Below, piece after piece: positions 30,464 through 43,238 of a stretch of DNA of 64,000 nucleotides. A model generated the notes under the pieces. That model saw nothing but the letters and a program-made list of their open reading frames with translations. It had not been told where the DNA came from and did not search any database. The stretch spans positions 4,192,001 to 4,256,000 of the forward strand of contig OY761159.2 of NCBI GenBank assembly GCA_963664395.2, read 5' to 3'. This stretch comes from Candidatus Binatia bacterium. Lineage in GTDB: Bacteria; Desulfobacterota; Binatia; Bin18. The stretch's first letter is position 1; each line of letters begins with the position of its first letter. The position numbers and the translations under genes are program-made.

Positions 30464-30925
30464 ATGGCACGAAAAACGTCGAAGCAAAAGACAAAACGTC
30501 CGCCCCCACGTCATCAGCTCACTTTGGATGAAGCGATTGCCCGTTTAGGACTGAGGGGAGTTGCCCAGCGGCGCATGTTTGGTGGCTTGTGCTACTACGC
30601 GAATGGGACCCCCTTTTCTTTTCTGCTCGGTGAAGATCTTGCCTTAAAACTCCCAGCCCTACAGCTTGTGGCGGCCAGTGCCAGTCGGGCCGGAGACCTT
30701 TTTCATCCCGGTGGCGGGGAGTTTGTGATGCGTGAATATCTGGCTTTAAGTGCAGCGGCATTGATGGACGAAGAAAAGGTCGACGAATTCGTACAGGCCA
30801 GCTATCGCTTTGTGAGTGGTCAGGACAGTCCGGAAGAAGAGCTTGCTCAACGTGATTTATTAGAAGGGCGGAGTGGCTTGTATCAAAAAAAGAACCGACC
30901 ATCCCGCCGGAACGTGAAATCGTAG
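30464..30925 (+). CDS. TfoX/Sxy N-terminal domain protein
   Basis: RRMFGGLCYYANG...LALK and MREY motifs. Confidence 0.8.
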   Translation: MARKTSKQKTKRPPPRHQLTLDEAIARLGLRGVAQRRMFGGLCYYANGTPFSFLLGEDLALKLPALQLVAASASRAGDLFHPGGGEFVMREYLALSAAALMDEEKVDEFVQASYRFVSGQDSPEEELAQRDLLEGRSGLYQKKNRPSRRNVKS

Positions 30926-30971
30926 GGACAGCGCGCATACCATCGAGCAGGGCGAATGTAAATTGACAAGC

Positions 30972-31829
30972 ATGACACAGACTGTCCTCGGCTGGAGTGC
31001 CTTTTTTGCCTCGCTCCTCGGAGCTCCGACGGAATGGCTGAAGAACGCCTTGCTTTTCCATCCCAGTTCGGTCGTAGATATAACGCCAGCAGCCTATGGA
31101 CTTGCCTACGAGGACGTCCGTTTTGGCGGAGATAGTGGGCTGCTCCTGCACGGCTGGCATATCCCCGGTCCGGGAGACGTGATCTTTGTCTGGTTTCACG
31201 GTAATGGTGGAAACATTCAGAATCGATTAGAGCACGTCCGTTTGATGCACGTTCATGTTGGCGGCTCTCACATCCTGTTTGACTATCAGGGCTATGGGCT
31301 GAGTCATGGCCAGCCGTCAATTCCCGGCATCGTGGCTGACGGCCGGGCTGTTGTACAGCTCGTCCAAGAACGGGGCTGGAGCACGGGAAAGCGGCTCGTA
31401 TTTTTTGGCGAATCCTTGGGCTGCGCGGTGGCTGTTGCTCTTGCGGTTGACCGCGCAACGGAAGTCCGCCCGGAAGTACGTCCGGAAGTCCGTCCGGACC
31501 GCATTATTCTGGAAGCACCGTTTTACTCACTGCAAGCCATGGGGCAAATCGTGCTGCCGCCCCTGGCCTTCTTAGTGAAAGATGATCTCAACTCAGCCCG
31601 GCTTATGGCAAAGCTCACTGTTCCACTGCTCATTATTCATGGCACCCAGGATCAAGTCGTGCCCTTTCAGCAGGGCCGTGACTTGTATGACCTGGCTCCT
31701 TCACCCAAGCAGTTTCATACAATACCGGGCGGGGGGCACGTCGGCCTGTACGAGATTGATGGGCAACGGTATTTCCAGACTATTCACGATTTCGTATCCG
31801 GCGAACGTTCTACTGGCTCGACCGAATAG
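30972..31829 (+). CDS. Alpha/beta hydrolase (BEM46/ABHD-like)
   Basis: FHGNGGN, DYQGYGLS, nucleophile GESLG, HGTQDQVVP, GGGH. Confidence 0.9.
   Translation: MTQTVLGWSAFFASLLGAPTEWLKNALLFHPSSVVDITPAAYGLAYEDVRFGGDSGLLLHGWHIPGPGDVIFVWFHGNGGNIQNRLEHVRLMHVHVGGSHILFDYQGYGLSHGQPSIPGIVADGRAVVQLVQERGWSTGKRLVFFGESLGCAVAVALAVDRATEVRPEVRPEVRPDRIILEAPFYSLQAMGQIVLPPLAFLVKDDLNSARLMAKLTVPLLIIHGTQDQVVPFQQGRDLYDLAPSPKQFHTIPGGGHVGLYEIDGQRYFQTIHDFVSGERSTGSTE
31461..31499. repeat. 12-bp tandem repeat x3 encoding EVRP-EVRP-EVRP
   Basis: ggaagtccgccc ggaagtacgtcc ggaagtccgtcc. Confidence 0.88.
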
Positions 31830-31837
31830 ACGTCAGT

Positions 31838-34663
31838 ATGGCTCAAGCTGGGACTACGACGGAAGGACAGGGACCACGCCTTCAGCGCCCCCTCCGGGTT
31901 CTGCGTCGGCTGGCGCTGAGTCTCATCGCCCTTGTGTTGAGTGTGGTCCTGGCCAGCCTCTTGCTCGCTGGCTGGTTTCTATCCGAACACCGCTATGTTG
32001 CCTTTCTTGAGCAAGAACTGGAAAGGCTCTTCCTCGCAGAAGTGGAGCTTGGGTCAAGTACGCTCTCCTTTCGGCAGGGGGTGGGGGTCCAATTCAAGAC
32101 GGTTCGTATGCAAGCGTATGACGCCGGCGATCCCTTTGTGACCGCTGAACGCATTGATCTGGTGCTTGATCTCAGAGCGCTTTTACGTGGACAACTGCTC
32201 TTTCGTCGGCTCGTTTTCTTGAAGCCGAGCGTCCGGTTCGCACAACCGGATGCCGAACCGACCGCTCCGGTTGCGCGCCTCTTCTCTCGCCGGGCGAAGC
32301 CGCCTGCCCAAAAAACTGAGACGGAAACTGAAACGGAAGCCACAGCTGATGCCGACAGATGGTTTTCGCCTCAATTGCTGGTCCAGCAGCTTGTCCTGGA
32401 TGATGCCACGCTTGTCTTTCAACAAACAGAGACCGCGGCTCCGGTCGTTTTAACCCACGCCCATCTGCGCATTGTTTTAGAGCCGGGCGGCGGTATGTGG
32501 GGGCAGTTGACGACGGATTTGGGGCAGAACGGAGAGGTTGGGCAGTTGGTGCTTCGGTCTCGTGCCGCCCAGTGGGAGCCGACAGGGGATACGTCTGGGA
32601 TAGAATGGCAGGGTCATATTGACCTTCAGAATATTGCCCTGCGGGAGTTGGGCGAGTGGTTCGGGGCGGATTGGCCGTCGGCGCACGTAGACTTTTCTGG
32701 AAGTTACAGCGGAAAAGCAAATGCGAGGACGAATGTCTCTGGCCTAGTGAGTGTGCGAGCGGCGCGTCTTTCACATGTCACAGTGAACAGCGGAAGAATC
32801 GGTCTGACGGACTTGCACTGGGATAATCCGGGGTATGCTTCCTCATGGTTCGTGGCGGCGCCGCTCGCTGGGCTCCTTGAAAGTCTGACTGAAAGTCCGG
32901 AATCACTCACGTTCAACGGGACGATTGAAGAGGTGGATGGCCGGATTGGGAAGAATAGCGCCCCAGTTCGTTTGACCTCGGGCCAGCTCCATGTGGAGGA
33001 TGGTCACCTGCGTGCTTCAAAAATGAAGGGCTCGTACGGGCGATCCTCAGCGCTGACGGATCTGGGGGCTGACTTGCAGCCGCTCTTCTCAAAAAAGCCA
33101 CCAACGCTCAAGGTCAAACTTGCCGCACGGATTAACCTCGCAGATGATTTAGACTCTCTGCTCTCGTTTATGCCAGGCGAAGAACGAGAGGCGTTCGGGC
33201 AAGCAGTGCAGCAGCCGTCAGGACAGGCTGACATTCAGCTCAGCGCGCAGATTCCCACCGGAAAGAAAGGAGATATCTCGTACTCGGGTACCGCGGAATG
33301 GCGTTCAGTCGGTGTGGTACTCCCCGAGTGGGGTCTCAGCGTGTCTGATGTGAACGGAGTCGTTCACCTCACGCCGGAAGAGGCCACACTGCGGGATATC
33401 CGTTTTCGTATCGGGACCTCTGTCGGGTTGCTTGAGGGGGCGATTGAGCAGCCCCTGTCCTCCGCGCGGCGGGGACGGATTGCCCTCTCCATTCCACAGG
33501 CCACGGTCCGGGACTTTGTTCATCTGCTCGATGCTGCTGGGGTGCAACACGGACAGCTCAGTGGCAGAGTGGACGCCCGGTTTGGTCCGGAACGGCACAG
33601 CCTGGAAACTGAGGGGAGTATGGTCCTGAGCCAGGCCCGGGTGGACGTTCTGTCGTTTTTGGAACCGCTTGATATCGCGCGCGGCCAATTCTCTTGGCGT
33701 GGGCAGCAGGGGCGATTTGTTATCGAACAAGGCAGCTGGCCCGGCGGCAGGGTGGTCGGCTCGGGTGAGATTCGGAGCTTTGAGCCCCTGGATATGCAGG
33801 TCAGCGTAGAGTGTGCTGAGCTGGATTTCGGCTCAATGTTGATCCTTGACCCCGTCCAACCGGAACAGAAAGAGCAGGAAGAGCAGGAAGAACAGAACGC
33901 AGTGCGGGTCGATGTCCGCTGCGACCGTGTGCAGTACAAGACGTTTGAGGCGACGCAGGTTCGGGCTTCCGCCTACCGGCATGATCGTCAGGTCGATTTC
34001 AGCCTGGAAGAAGCCGGCGTCTCAGCCGGCCATCTCCGGGGAAAAGGGACGTTGTGGCTTGACTCGGCTGCCCTCTCAGTCGCACCGCAGGTGAGTCAGG
34101 TCGATGCCTCAGATTTTTTTGCCGCTCTCAGCCATCCAACCGATATCATTTCGGGTACCTTAGATGCTACCGGCGACATTGAGATTGCCAATTGGGAGTA
34201 CTGGGACGACCCGGAGGAGTGGGATGGTGAGTTGACGCTCTCAGTGCAGAATGGGGTCGCTCAGCAGCTCCCGGTTCTCGTTCGGCTCTGGACTGCCGTC
34301 AGCCTGCAAAGCATCTTTCGTTTTTCTTTGCCACAGTTCCCTCGTGAGGGACTTCCCTTTTCTGCTTTGAGCGGAGATATGGTCGTGGCACACGGAGAGC
34401 TCACCACCGAGAATCTGTCTCTTGTCGGAGAGGCCGTTCGCCTGGACGCCCGAGGGCGGGTCAACTTACGGCAGCAGACGGTTGATCTTACGACCGATGT
34501 TATTCCGCTGCGCGGTCTTACCAGTGTTGTTGAAAAGGTCCCGTTGGCCGGCAAACTGCTCGCCCAGAGTGCCGACCGCCTCACCACGCTGCCCTTTCAG
34601 GTCTACGGTCCGTACCACGATCCCCAAGTCAGGCTCCGGCTACTCAAAAAAGTCGTTCCTTAA
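31838..34663 (+). CDS. AsmA-like / YhdP-like envelope protein
   Basis: N-terminal TM anchor, long beta-rich body, AsmA_2-type C-terminus (GLPFSALSGD...KVPLAGKLL...FQVYGPYHDPQV). Confidence 0.82.
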   Translation: MAQAGTTTEGQGPRLQRPLRVLRRLALSLIALVLSVVLASLLLAGWFLSEHRYVAFLEQELERLFLAEVELGSSTLSFRQGVGVQFKTVRMQAYDAGDPFVTAERIDLVLDLRALLRGQLLFRRLVFLKPSVRFAQPDAEPTAPVARLFSRRAKPPAQKTETETETEATADADRWFSPQLLVQQLVLDDATLVFQQTETAAPVVLTHAHLRIVLEPGGGMWGQLTTDLGQNGEVGQLVLRSRAAQWEPTGDTSGIEWQGHIDLQNIALRELGEWFGADWPSAHVDFSGSYSGKANARTNVSGLVSVRAARLSHVTVNSGRIGLTDLHWDNPGYASSWFVAAPLAGLLESLTESPESLTFNGTIEEVDGRIGKNSAPVRLTSGQLHVEDGHLRASKMKGSYGRSSALTDLGADLQPLFSKKPPTLKVKLAARINLADDLDSLLSFMPGEEREAFGQAVQQPSGQADIQLSAQIPTGKKGDISYSGTAEWRSVGVVLPEWGLSVSDVNGVVHLTPEEATLRDIRFRIGTSVGLLEGAIEQPLSSARRGRIALSIPQATVRDFVHLLDAAGVQHGQLSGRVDARFGPERHSLETEGSMVLSQARVDVLSFLEPLDIARGQFSWRGQQGRFVIEQGSWPGGRVVGSGEIRSFEPLDMQVSVECAELDFGSMLILDPVQPEQKEQEEQEEQNAVRVDVRCDRVQYKTFEATQVRASAYRHDRQVDFSLEEAGVSAGHLRGKGTLWLDSAALSVAPQVSQVDASDFFAALSHPTDIISGTLDATGDIEIANWEYWDDPEEWDGELTLSVQNGVAQQLPVLVRLWTAVSLQSIFRFSLPQFPREGLPFSALSGDMVVAHGELTTENLSLVGEAVRLDARGRVNLRQQTVDLTTDVIPLRGLTSVVEKVPLAGKLLAQSADRLTTLPFQVYGPYHDPQVRLRLLKKVVP

Positions 34664-34793
34664 AATGCAAAAGGGCGAGAAGGGCCGGGTGACTACGGCA
34701 TCGACGGATCGGCCTTGTTCATAGAGGAATAGGACGATGACTGCGTGTTGAGTCAGCCGGCCGGCGTGTCTTTCTGCAGGTGGAGAAGCGCAA

Positions 34794-37343
<2,550 letters not shown>

Positions 37344-37364
37344 AGCACGCACTGCCGGGACACT

Positions 37365-37757
37365 ATGCAACTCGAAGCGGCAGACTACGTCATTCTCATT
37401 GTTGATGATCTCGACCGCACCCTTGATTTTTATACAAAGGTTTTAGGGCTCAAACTAGGTCATCGTTCCGGAGACTACGCGCAACTGGACACCGGTGCGA
37501 CCCGGATTGGATTCTATACCCGACCAGCCATGGCAGCCGTGGTCGGTTTCGCCCTGGAACCCGCTCACCAGACTGCTCCTGGTTTTGAGCTTGGCTTCAA
37601 GGTAGCAAATGTTGATGCGGCGTATGCGGAAATACTGGCTGGCGGAGCGACGCCGGTCACCGCGCCCACGACCCGCCCATGGGGCCAGCGGACGGCCTAT
37701 GTGCGTGACCCGGATGGCCATTTGATTGAGCTGGCTCAGGACCCTCCGAAGTCCTGA
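37365..37757 (+). CDS. VOC/glyoxalase-family protein
   Basis: FYTKVLGL...PWGQRTAYVRDPDGHLIEL. Confidence 0.9.
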   Translation: MQLEAADYVILIVDDLDRTLDFYTKVLGLKLGHRSGDYAQLDTGATRIGFYTRPAMAAVVGFALEPAHQTAPGFELGFKVANVDAAYAEILAGGATPVTAPTTRPWGQRTAYVRDPDGHLIELAQDPPKS

Positions 37758-37835
37758 GGCGTGCCGTGTATACACGCCAGCCAAGGGCAGGGCAACACCA
37801 GCCGCGGGACGCCTCGCGCCCCGCGGGCGGGTATT

Positions 37836-39347
37836 TTAGCCTTGTTTGCGTAACGCAAAGAACGACGTGAAATTCCCTCGACGGGCAAGGAGCAGGAGGG
37901 TCTCCGCGTCTTTTGCTTCTTTCACGGCTGTGGTGAAATCAGGCACCGATTTCACGGCTTGCCGGTTTACCTCTTCGATCACATCTCCGGGACGGATACC
38001 CGCAAGTTCGGCCGGGCTGCCAGGCTCAACCTCAGTGACAACGATGCCTTTTTGATCGTCCGGGAGACGGTAGCGTTGGAGATGTTCGTCTGAGATGTCG
38101 GCGACGGTCATGCCCCAGCTTGCCTCACTCTCTTCGCGACCACCTGCGCGGGCGATCTGGTCGGTTAATTCTCCAAGTGCGACGGAGATGGTTTGTTCTT
38201 TCCCTCCACGCAGAATGCGGACTTTCACCTCTTCTCCAACCGGGGTCCGCGCCACCATCGCCGGTAGATCATGTGATTTCAGAATTTGTTCGCCCTTAAA
38301 GTGGGTAATGATATCGCCCCGCTCAACGCCCGCTTTCTCTGCTGGCCCGCCCTCAGTGACCTCAGCCACCAAGGCGCCGATGGGTTCTTCCAGGTCAAAG
38401 GATTTCGCCAACTCGGCCGTGACCGTTTGAATAGCGACACCCAGCCACCCTCGGGTCACTTGGCCCGTGTCTTTGAGCTGCCTAATGATCGATTTCGCCA
38501 TATCGATGGGAATGGCAAAGCCGATACCAATATTGCCGCCCCCCTGACTGAAGATGGCCGAGTTAATACCCACGACCTCGCCCTGGAGGTTCAAGAGGGG
38601 GCCGCCAGAGTTGCCAGGGTTAATAGAGGCGTCCGTCTGGATAAAGTCGTCATACGGCCCTGCGCCGATAACGCGCCCTTTGGCGCTCACGATGCCCGCC
38701 GTCACTGTTTGTTCGAGTCCGAACGGATTGCCTATGGCCAGGACCCAATCGCCAATCTGTAAACTCGACGAACTGCCGAGCGGAACGCTCTGAAGAGGCT
38801 CTTTTGACTCGATTTTGATCAGGGCCAGGTCTGTTTTATTGTCGGTCCCAATAACCTTGGCCTCAAACTCCTCCTCATCTGAGAGACGGACCGTAATTTT
38901 GTCGGCCTCCCCAACAACGTGCTCATTGGTGACAATATAGCCATCTTGGCTGATGATGAAGCCGGAGCCTAAACTGCGCTGCCGGCGCGGGGGAGGGCGA
39001 TCACCAAAAAAGCGGCGGAAGAATTCTTCAAACGGGTCTTCCCCACCAAACGGATTCGGCCCCGGCAGCGGTCTCTGGCGACGCTGGGGCCGTCGGGTCG
39101 ATTTCTGGGTCGTTGAGATATTGACGACCGCCGGCATGGTGGTTTTCGCGATATTGGCAAAATTCGGAAGCTGGCTCACACTTGTGACAACCGGTGGTGG
39201 TGCTGCCTCTTTTTTCTGCTCTTCCTTTTTCTTCGAGCCAAATAAATCGAGGGCGTGCAGGGGGGGGCGGTCTGCCAGCAGCAATCCTGACAGGATGAGG
39301 GCTCCGACTGTGAAGACGCCGTGTCGTACCGATCCGCTCTTACGCAT
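37836..39347 (-). CDS. degQ: DegQ/DegP (HtrA) periplasmic serine protease with two PDZ domains
   Basis: GSGFII, TNEHVV, DLALIK, QTDASINPGNSGGPL, two PDZ domains. Confidence 0.93.
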   Translation of the reverse strand: MRKSGSVRHGVFTVGALILSGLLLADRPPLHALDLFGSKKKEEQKKEAAPPPVVTSVSQLPNFANIAKTTMPAVVNISTTQKSTRRPQRRQRPLPGPNPFGGEDPFEEFFRRFFGDRPPPRRQRSLGSGFIISQDGYIVTNEHVVGEADKITVRLSDEEEFEAKVIGTDNKTDLALIKIESKEPLQSVPLGSSSSLQIGDWVLAIGNPFGLEQTVTAGIVSAKGRVIGAGPYDDFIQTDASINPGNSGGPLLNLQGEVVGINSAIFSQGGGNIGIGFAIPIDMAKSIIRQLKDTGQVTRGWLGVAIQTVTAELAKSFDLEEPIGALVAEVTEGGPAEKAGVERGDIITHFKGEQILKSHDLPAMVARTPVGEEVKVRILRGGKEQTISVALGELTDQIARAGGREESEASWGMTVADISDEHLQRYRLPDDQKGIVVTEVEPGSPAELAGIRPGDVIEEVNRQAVKSVPDFTTAVKEAKDAETLLLLARRGNFTSFFALRKQG

Positions 39348-39529
39348 GCATTCCTTCCCTTTCCGTCCAGACTCAGACATGTTCATAGGTAAAGACTTTA
39401 TCTTTTCCAATCAAGGCGAAACGGGCCAGGTAAAATAGAAAATAGGTGCTGCCGGACACCGGACTGTTCGTCCATGGGAGCGTCGAGCGCTCATCAGGGC
39501 TAAACGTTTTGAAGCCCGCGCCTCAGGGG

Positions 39530-40312
39530 TTAGGGTTGCGCTCCTTTAGTCATCTTTTCTCGAAGCTCAACCTGTTTCACGAAAGACGGGACGACAGGAG
39601 CGAATTCCGGCGAGAGGCGATGGCGGATATCCATGGCTGCGTCAGCAGCCAGCCTGCGCAAAGGGACAGACTCCTCAACCCGGGAGAATTCGTCGAGAAA
39701 AGTAAGGACATCCTCCGTCCCCACTTCTTTGAGGGCAAACAGGGCTGTCCCCTTTGTGGGCTCGTCAAGCTTGCGTCGAAGAAACTCCATAATGGGCGTG
39801 GCACCCCGCGGGTCACCAATTTTGCCTAATGCAACCAGGACCTTTTTTTTCACCCCGGCATGAACGTCGCGCAGAAACAGTTGCTGGGCCAGGGCTGGGG
39901 TGGCATCTGTCGCACGCATATTGCCAAGGTATTCAATGGCTTTGACTTTAACCCGAATATCGACATCCGCTGTCGCGTTGAGCAGAAAGTCAATCGTCTT
40001 GGGGTTTTTCATTTCTCCGAGAGACTTCACAGCGTCCATGCGCGTTTCCGGACGGTCATTGCCCAGGCGACGGATAATCTCTTCCAGTTCCGGTCCTTTT
40101 CCTCTTTGTTGCTTGTCCTGGCGCAGCCGCATCCGGCTATTACGAGTCAGGCTGTTTCCCAACCGCATACCCTGGCCCATAAATTGTGCCTCAGACACAC
40201 ACGGCCGGGTCCAGTCGAAAAGGCTGAGTGCCATGAATACCATGAATGCGGTGATGCCGAGCACCACACCCCGTCCCTGCCCGCAATAGCGTTTCATCGT
40301 TCCCGCACTCAT
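39530..40312 (-). CDS. HEAT-repeat protein with N-terminal signal/TM segment (start uncertain)
   Basis: Hydrophobic N-terminal segment, then repeats RMDAVKSLG, KVKAIEYLG, KKKVLVALGKIG, LFALKEVG. Confidence 0.82.
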   Translation of the reverse strand: MSAGTMKRYCGQGRGVVLGITAFMVFMALSLFDWTRPCVSEAQFMGQGMRLGNSLTRNSRMRLRQDKQQRGKGPELEEIIRRLGNDRPETRMDAVKSLGEMKNPKTIDFLLNATADVDIRVKVKAIEYLGNMRATDATPALAQQLFLRDVHAGVKKKVLVALGKIGDPRGATPIMEFLRRKLDEPTKGTALFALKEVGTEDVLTFLDEFSRVEESVPLRRLAADAAMDIRHRLSPEFAPVVPSFVKQVELREKMTKGAQP

Positions 40313-40370
40313 AAACTCGCCACTCATAATCGACTGAGGATGCCCCACACGTAGGCTGGATGCAAGGGCG

Positions 40371-40916
40371 CTAGGTCGAGAATAAAGGATCTTGCTCTTC
40401 ACGCCGAAAGACCTGGACTTCTTCCGGGAAAAGGCCGCCTTCGGGAATATCCTTGAGCGGCGTTCCGTCCTTGAGCCGTCCTTCTATCACTTCGCGATAC
40501 GTACAGACCAAATACCGATGGCCGTCACGAGGTTTGGTTGGCAGCCGTGCCTTTTCGACCCGGGTGTCACCTTTGGCCTCTGGTCCGAGAATCCGTATCA
40601 CATAGCGTTTCTTCATGAGCCCTTTCAGCGCACGGATAACCGAGGCGCGGGACAGACCCGTCATCTCACAGATTTCGGCATAGCCGGCGGTGATCAGTGG
40701 AGTTCGCCGTAAACCGATGGAGTGCCGCCACAATGCCCGGTAGGTTTTCCACTCACGTGGGTCCATGAGCTTATTGAGCTCGTCTTCCAGCAAATAGTCG
40801 GGCAGGCGCGGGGAGGGTTGCCACGGAGGACGGCGTGTCAGGCGAATCTTAACATCAGCGCCCTCTCCCGTGGCCTGTTCGTCCGATAGAGTTGTGGACT
40901 CCTCTTTTTTCGCCAT
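40371..40916 (-). CDS. Winged-helix DNA-binding protein resembling phage/plasmid replication-initiator N-terminal domains
   Basis: LPDYLL...EWKTYRALWRHSIG followed by GYAEICEMTGLSRASVIRALKGLMKKRYV. Confidence 0.75.
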   Translation of the reverse strand: MAKKEESTTLSDEQATGEGADVKIRLTRRPPWQPSPRLPDYLLEDELNKLMDPREWKTYRALWRHSIGLRRTPLITAGYAEICEMTGLSRASVIRALKGLMKKRYVIRILGPEAKGDTRVEKARLPTKPRDGHRYLVCTYREVIEGRLKDGTPLKDIPEGGLFPEEVQVFRREEQDPLFST

Positions 40917-40936
40917 AGTCGGGCCGCTCTGTTTTT

Positions 40937-40979
40937 CCTGTGTATAATACTGATAAATGGCAACGGTGCAAATGGGCAG
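40937..40979 (-). promoter_or_regulatory. Putative sigma70 promoter for the wHTH gene
   Basis: Minus strand TTGCAC-16 nt-TATTAT about 30 nt upstream of the ATG. Confidence 0.4.
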
Positions 40980-41038
40980 AACGCGGCTGCGATATTTCTG
41001 GAGCCGACTCCGCCCGGCATTAATATACGGGAGAACCC

Positions 41039-42199
41039 ATGAAGATTCGGTCTATTACCATAGGACTCGATCCCGGCTTTCCACTGAAGACCGCTCGGAT
41101 CAAGGCAGCCGGACGCTTTGCCAAAGAAGTAAAGCTCCTATGCGGGGAGGAGGGGTTCCAGGTGCAAACCCTCCGTTTGGCTACGCCCCCATTTCCTCAG
41201 TATCTGGCCGGACACTCCGCGGCGACGGTGCTTCGCTTTGCTCAAGAATTGGAAGCCTGCTGTCTCGCCAATGGGTTGGATTATTGCGCGCTCGGACCAG
41301 TAGACCTGAGCAGGCCCGCTGAGCAGCAGTTTGGTGACCTGTTGCCAGAGCTGATCGCTGAGACTGAAAGCGTGTTCGTCAGTGCGCGTCTCGGCAACGG
41401 CGCCCAGGTGCCAACTCGGCCGGTGACCCACGCGGTTGCCGGCATTATGAAGACGATCGCGGACACAACGCCGGATGGATTTGGCAACCTCCGGTTTGCC
41501 GCGGGGATACATATTCGGCCGCACACGCCTTTTTTTCCAGCGGCATTCCACACTGGAACGCCGACAGTCGCCCTTGCTCTTGAAGCAGCCGATGCGGTGG
41601 CATCCGTTGCTCAGTCCGATTGCAGTCCAGCCGAGTCTGTCGCCCGGATACGCCGGGCATTTGAACAACAGCTTGGTCCTCTTGAGCAGCGTATGAAACG
41701 CCTCGGACGACAGCCCTTTCGATTTGCCGGCTTTGATCTTTCGCCAGCGCCTGGGCCTGGGCCTGATGGCAGTATTGCCCAGGCGATTGAGAAAATCAGT
41801 GCTGTTCCCTTTGGCAGTCCGGGCACGCTTGCCGCCGCCGCTTTGGTCACCTCAGCACTCAAAGAGACGGCCCTCGATCACTGTGGCTATTGTGGACTCA
41901 TGTTGCCGGTGCTCGAAGACGCTGGCCTTGCTGAACGCAATAATCAAGGAAAAATCCGACTGTCCCAACTACTGACATATTCCGCGGTGTGCGGCACGGG
42001 GCTGGACACCATACCGCTCGCGGGCAATGTCTCACAGCAGCAGCTTATGGGGCTCGTCGCAGATGTCGGGGCTTTAGGCTGGAAATTGCAGAAACCGCTC
42101 TCCATTCGTCTCCTGCCAATCCCAGGGAAGCAGGTCGGTGAGATGACCACGTTCGATTTCCCCTATTTCGTGAATACGAAGGTCATGGCGGTGGACTAG
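41039..42199 (+). CDS. DUF711-family protein
   Basis: MKIRSITIG, GNLRFAA, PFFPAAFH, GYCGLMLPVLED, YSAVCGTGLDTIPL. Confidence 0.87.
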   Translation: MKIRSITIGLDPGFPLKTARIKAAGRFAKEVKLLCGEEGFQVQTLRLATPPFPQYLAGHSAATVLRFAQELEACCLANGLDYCALGPVDLSRPAEQQFGDLLPELIAETESVFVSARLGNGAQVPTRPVTHAVAGIMKTIADTTPDGFGNLRFAAGIHIRPHTPFFPAAFHTGTPTVALALEAADAVASVAQSDCSPAESVARIRRAFEQQLGPLEQRMKRLGRQPFRFAGFDLSPAPGPGPDGSIAQAIEKISAVPFGSPGTLAAAALVTSALKETALDHCGYCGLMLPVLEDAGLAERNNQGKIRLSQLLTYSAVCGTGLDTIPLAGNVSQQQLMGLVADVGALGWKLQKPLSIRLLPIPGKQVGEMTTFDFPYFVNTKVMAVD

Positions 42200-42216
42200 G
42201 GCAACCCGAGGAATCT

Positions 42217-42639
42217 GTGGAAGATAATATCATGCTGCAAGAACAGGGACGGCAAAAGGGGCGGGCGACCTGGTTCCGACAGCTGCTCGCGTGGTCAGCC
42301 GTCGTCGGGTATTGCGGGCTCATCTACTATCTTTCCGATCAACCCCATCTGCGACAGGTGGTCCCTTCCTCTGATAAGTTGGTCCATGTGGCAGCGTATG
42401 TGGTGTTGGGTTGGCTCTGGACAGTGGCGCTCAGAGCAACGTGTTCGGGCTGTACGTCCCTGGTAGTTTTGCTTTCAGCCCTCATCTTTACCCTTGTCTA
42501 TGGGCTCGGTGATGAATGGCATCAGAGCGTCGTGCCGGGACGTTTGTCCAGCGCCGCCGACGTAGTCGCGGATGTGATAGGCGGAGGGCTCGGCGCGGGA
42601 GGTTTCTTCTTATGGGCGAGGAGAGGGGCAGACGCCTGA
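42217..42639 (+). CDS. VanZ-family membrane protein
   Basis: DKLVH...Y, DEWHQSVVPGR, DVVADVIG. Confidence 0.88.
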   Translation: MEDNIMLQEQGRQKGRATWFRQLLAWSAVVGYCGLIYYLSDQPHLRQVVPSSDKLVHVAAYVVLGWLWTVALRATCSGCTSLVVLLSALIFTLVYGLGDEWHQSVVPGRLSSAADVVADVIGGGLGAGGFFLWARRGADA

Positions 42640-42653
42640 CCCGTCCCGCCGCC

Positions 42654-43031
42654 TTATTGCTGCCAGGGGAGGGGCATGTGTTCATTGTCCGCGGTGCAGA
42701 CCCTGACCGGTGCCTGGCTGAGAGCGGCAACCATGAACAGGTCTTCTGTTCCAGTATTGACTATCTGGTGGATAGCATCGCGCGGCACCTGGAGGGTTGA
42801 GTTCGGACCGAAATCGGTATCTTCTCCCTCGACCGTCAGGCGTCCCGAGCCACGCAACACCACGATGGCTTCTTCACAATCATGACGGTGGACGGGCGTC
42901 CCGCTGCCGGGTGTGATGGTTTGCATCCACATTTCCAAGGTTTTCATCCCATGTTCCGGCCCGGCCAGGGTCTGGTGTTCCAAGCCAGGGATGGAAAATT
43001 TCTCTATCGCCTGGTTCTGTACGACTGGCAT
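42654..43031 (-). CDS. Cupin-domain protein
   Basis: PVHRHDCEE...VLRGSG and HQIVNTG. Confidence 0.9.
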   Translation of the reverse strand: MPVVQNQAIEKFSIPGLEHQTLAGPEHGMKTLEMWMQTITPGSGTPVHRHDCEEAIVVLRGSGRLTVEGEDTDFGPNSTLQVPRDAIHQIVNTGTEDLFMVAALSQAPVRVCTADNEHMPLPWQQ

Positions 43032-43238
43032 ATGTCATTCCTCCTCCAATAAGGGGTTGATACACCAATACCATAGAAGCCAAGCGTATTCGAGTCGGTC
43101 CGCTGGTGACCGTGCCGTGCTTGAGCAGGTCGGCAGAGGAGATGCTAGCGAATGAACAAGCTCGACGTTATACGTTGAGTGTGTCACAATGCCGACAATC
43201 GAATACATACATCCGGTGGTGGATAGAGGGAGGTGTCA

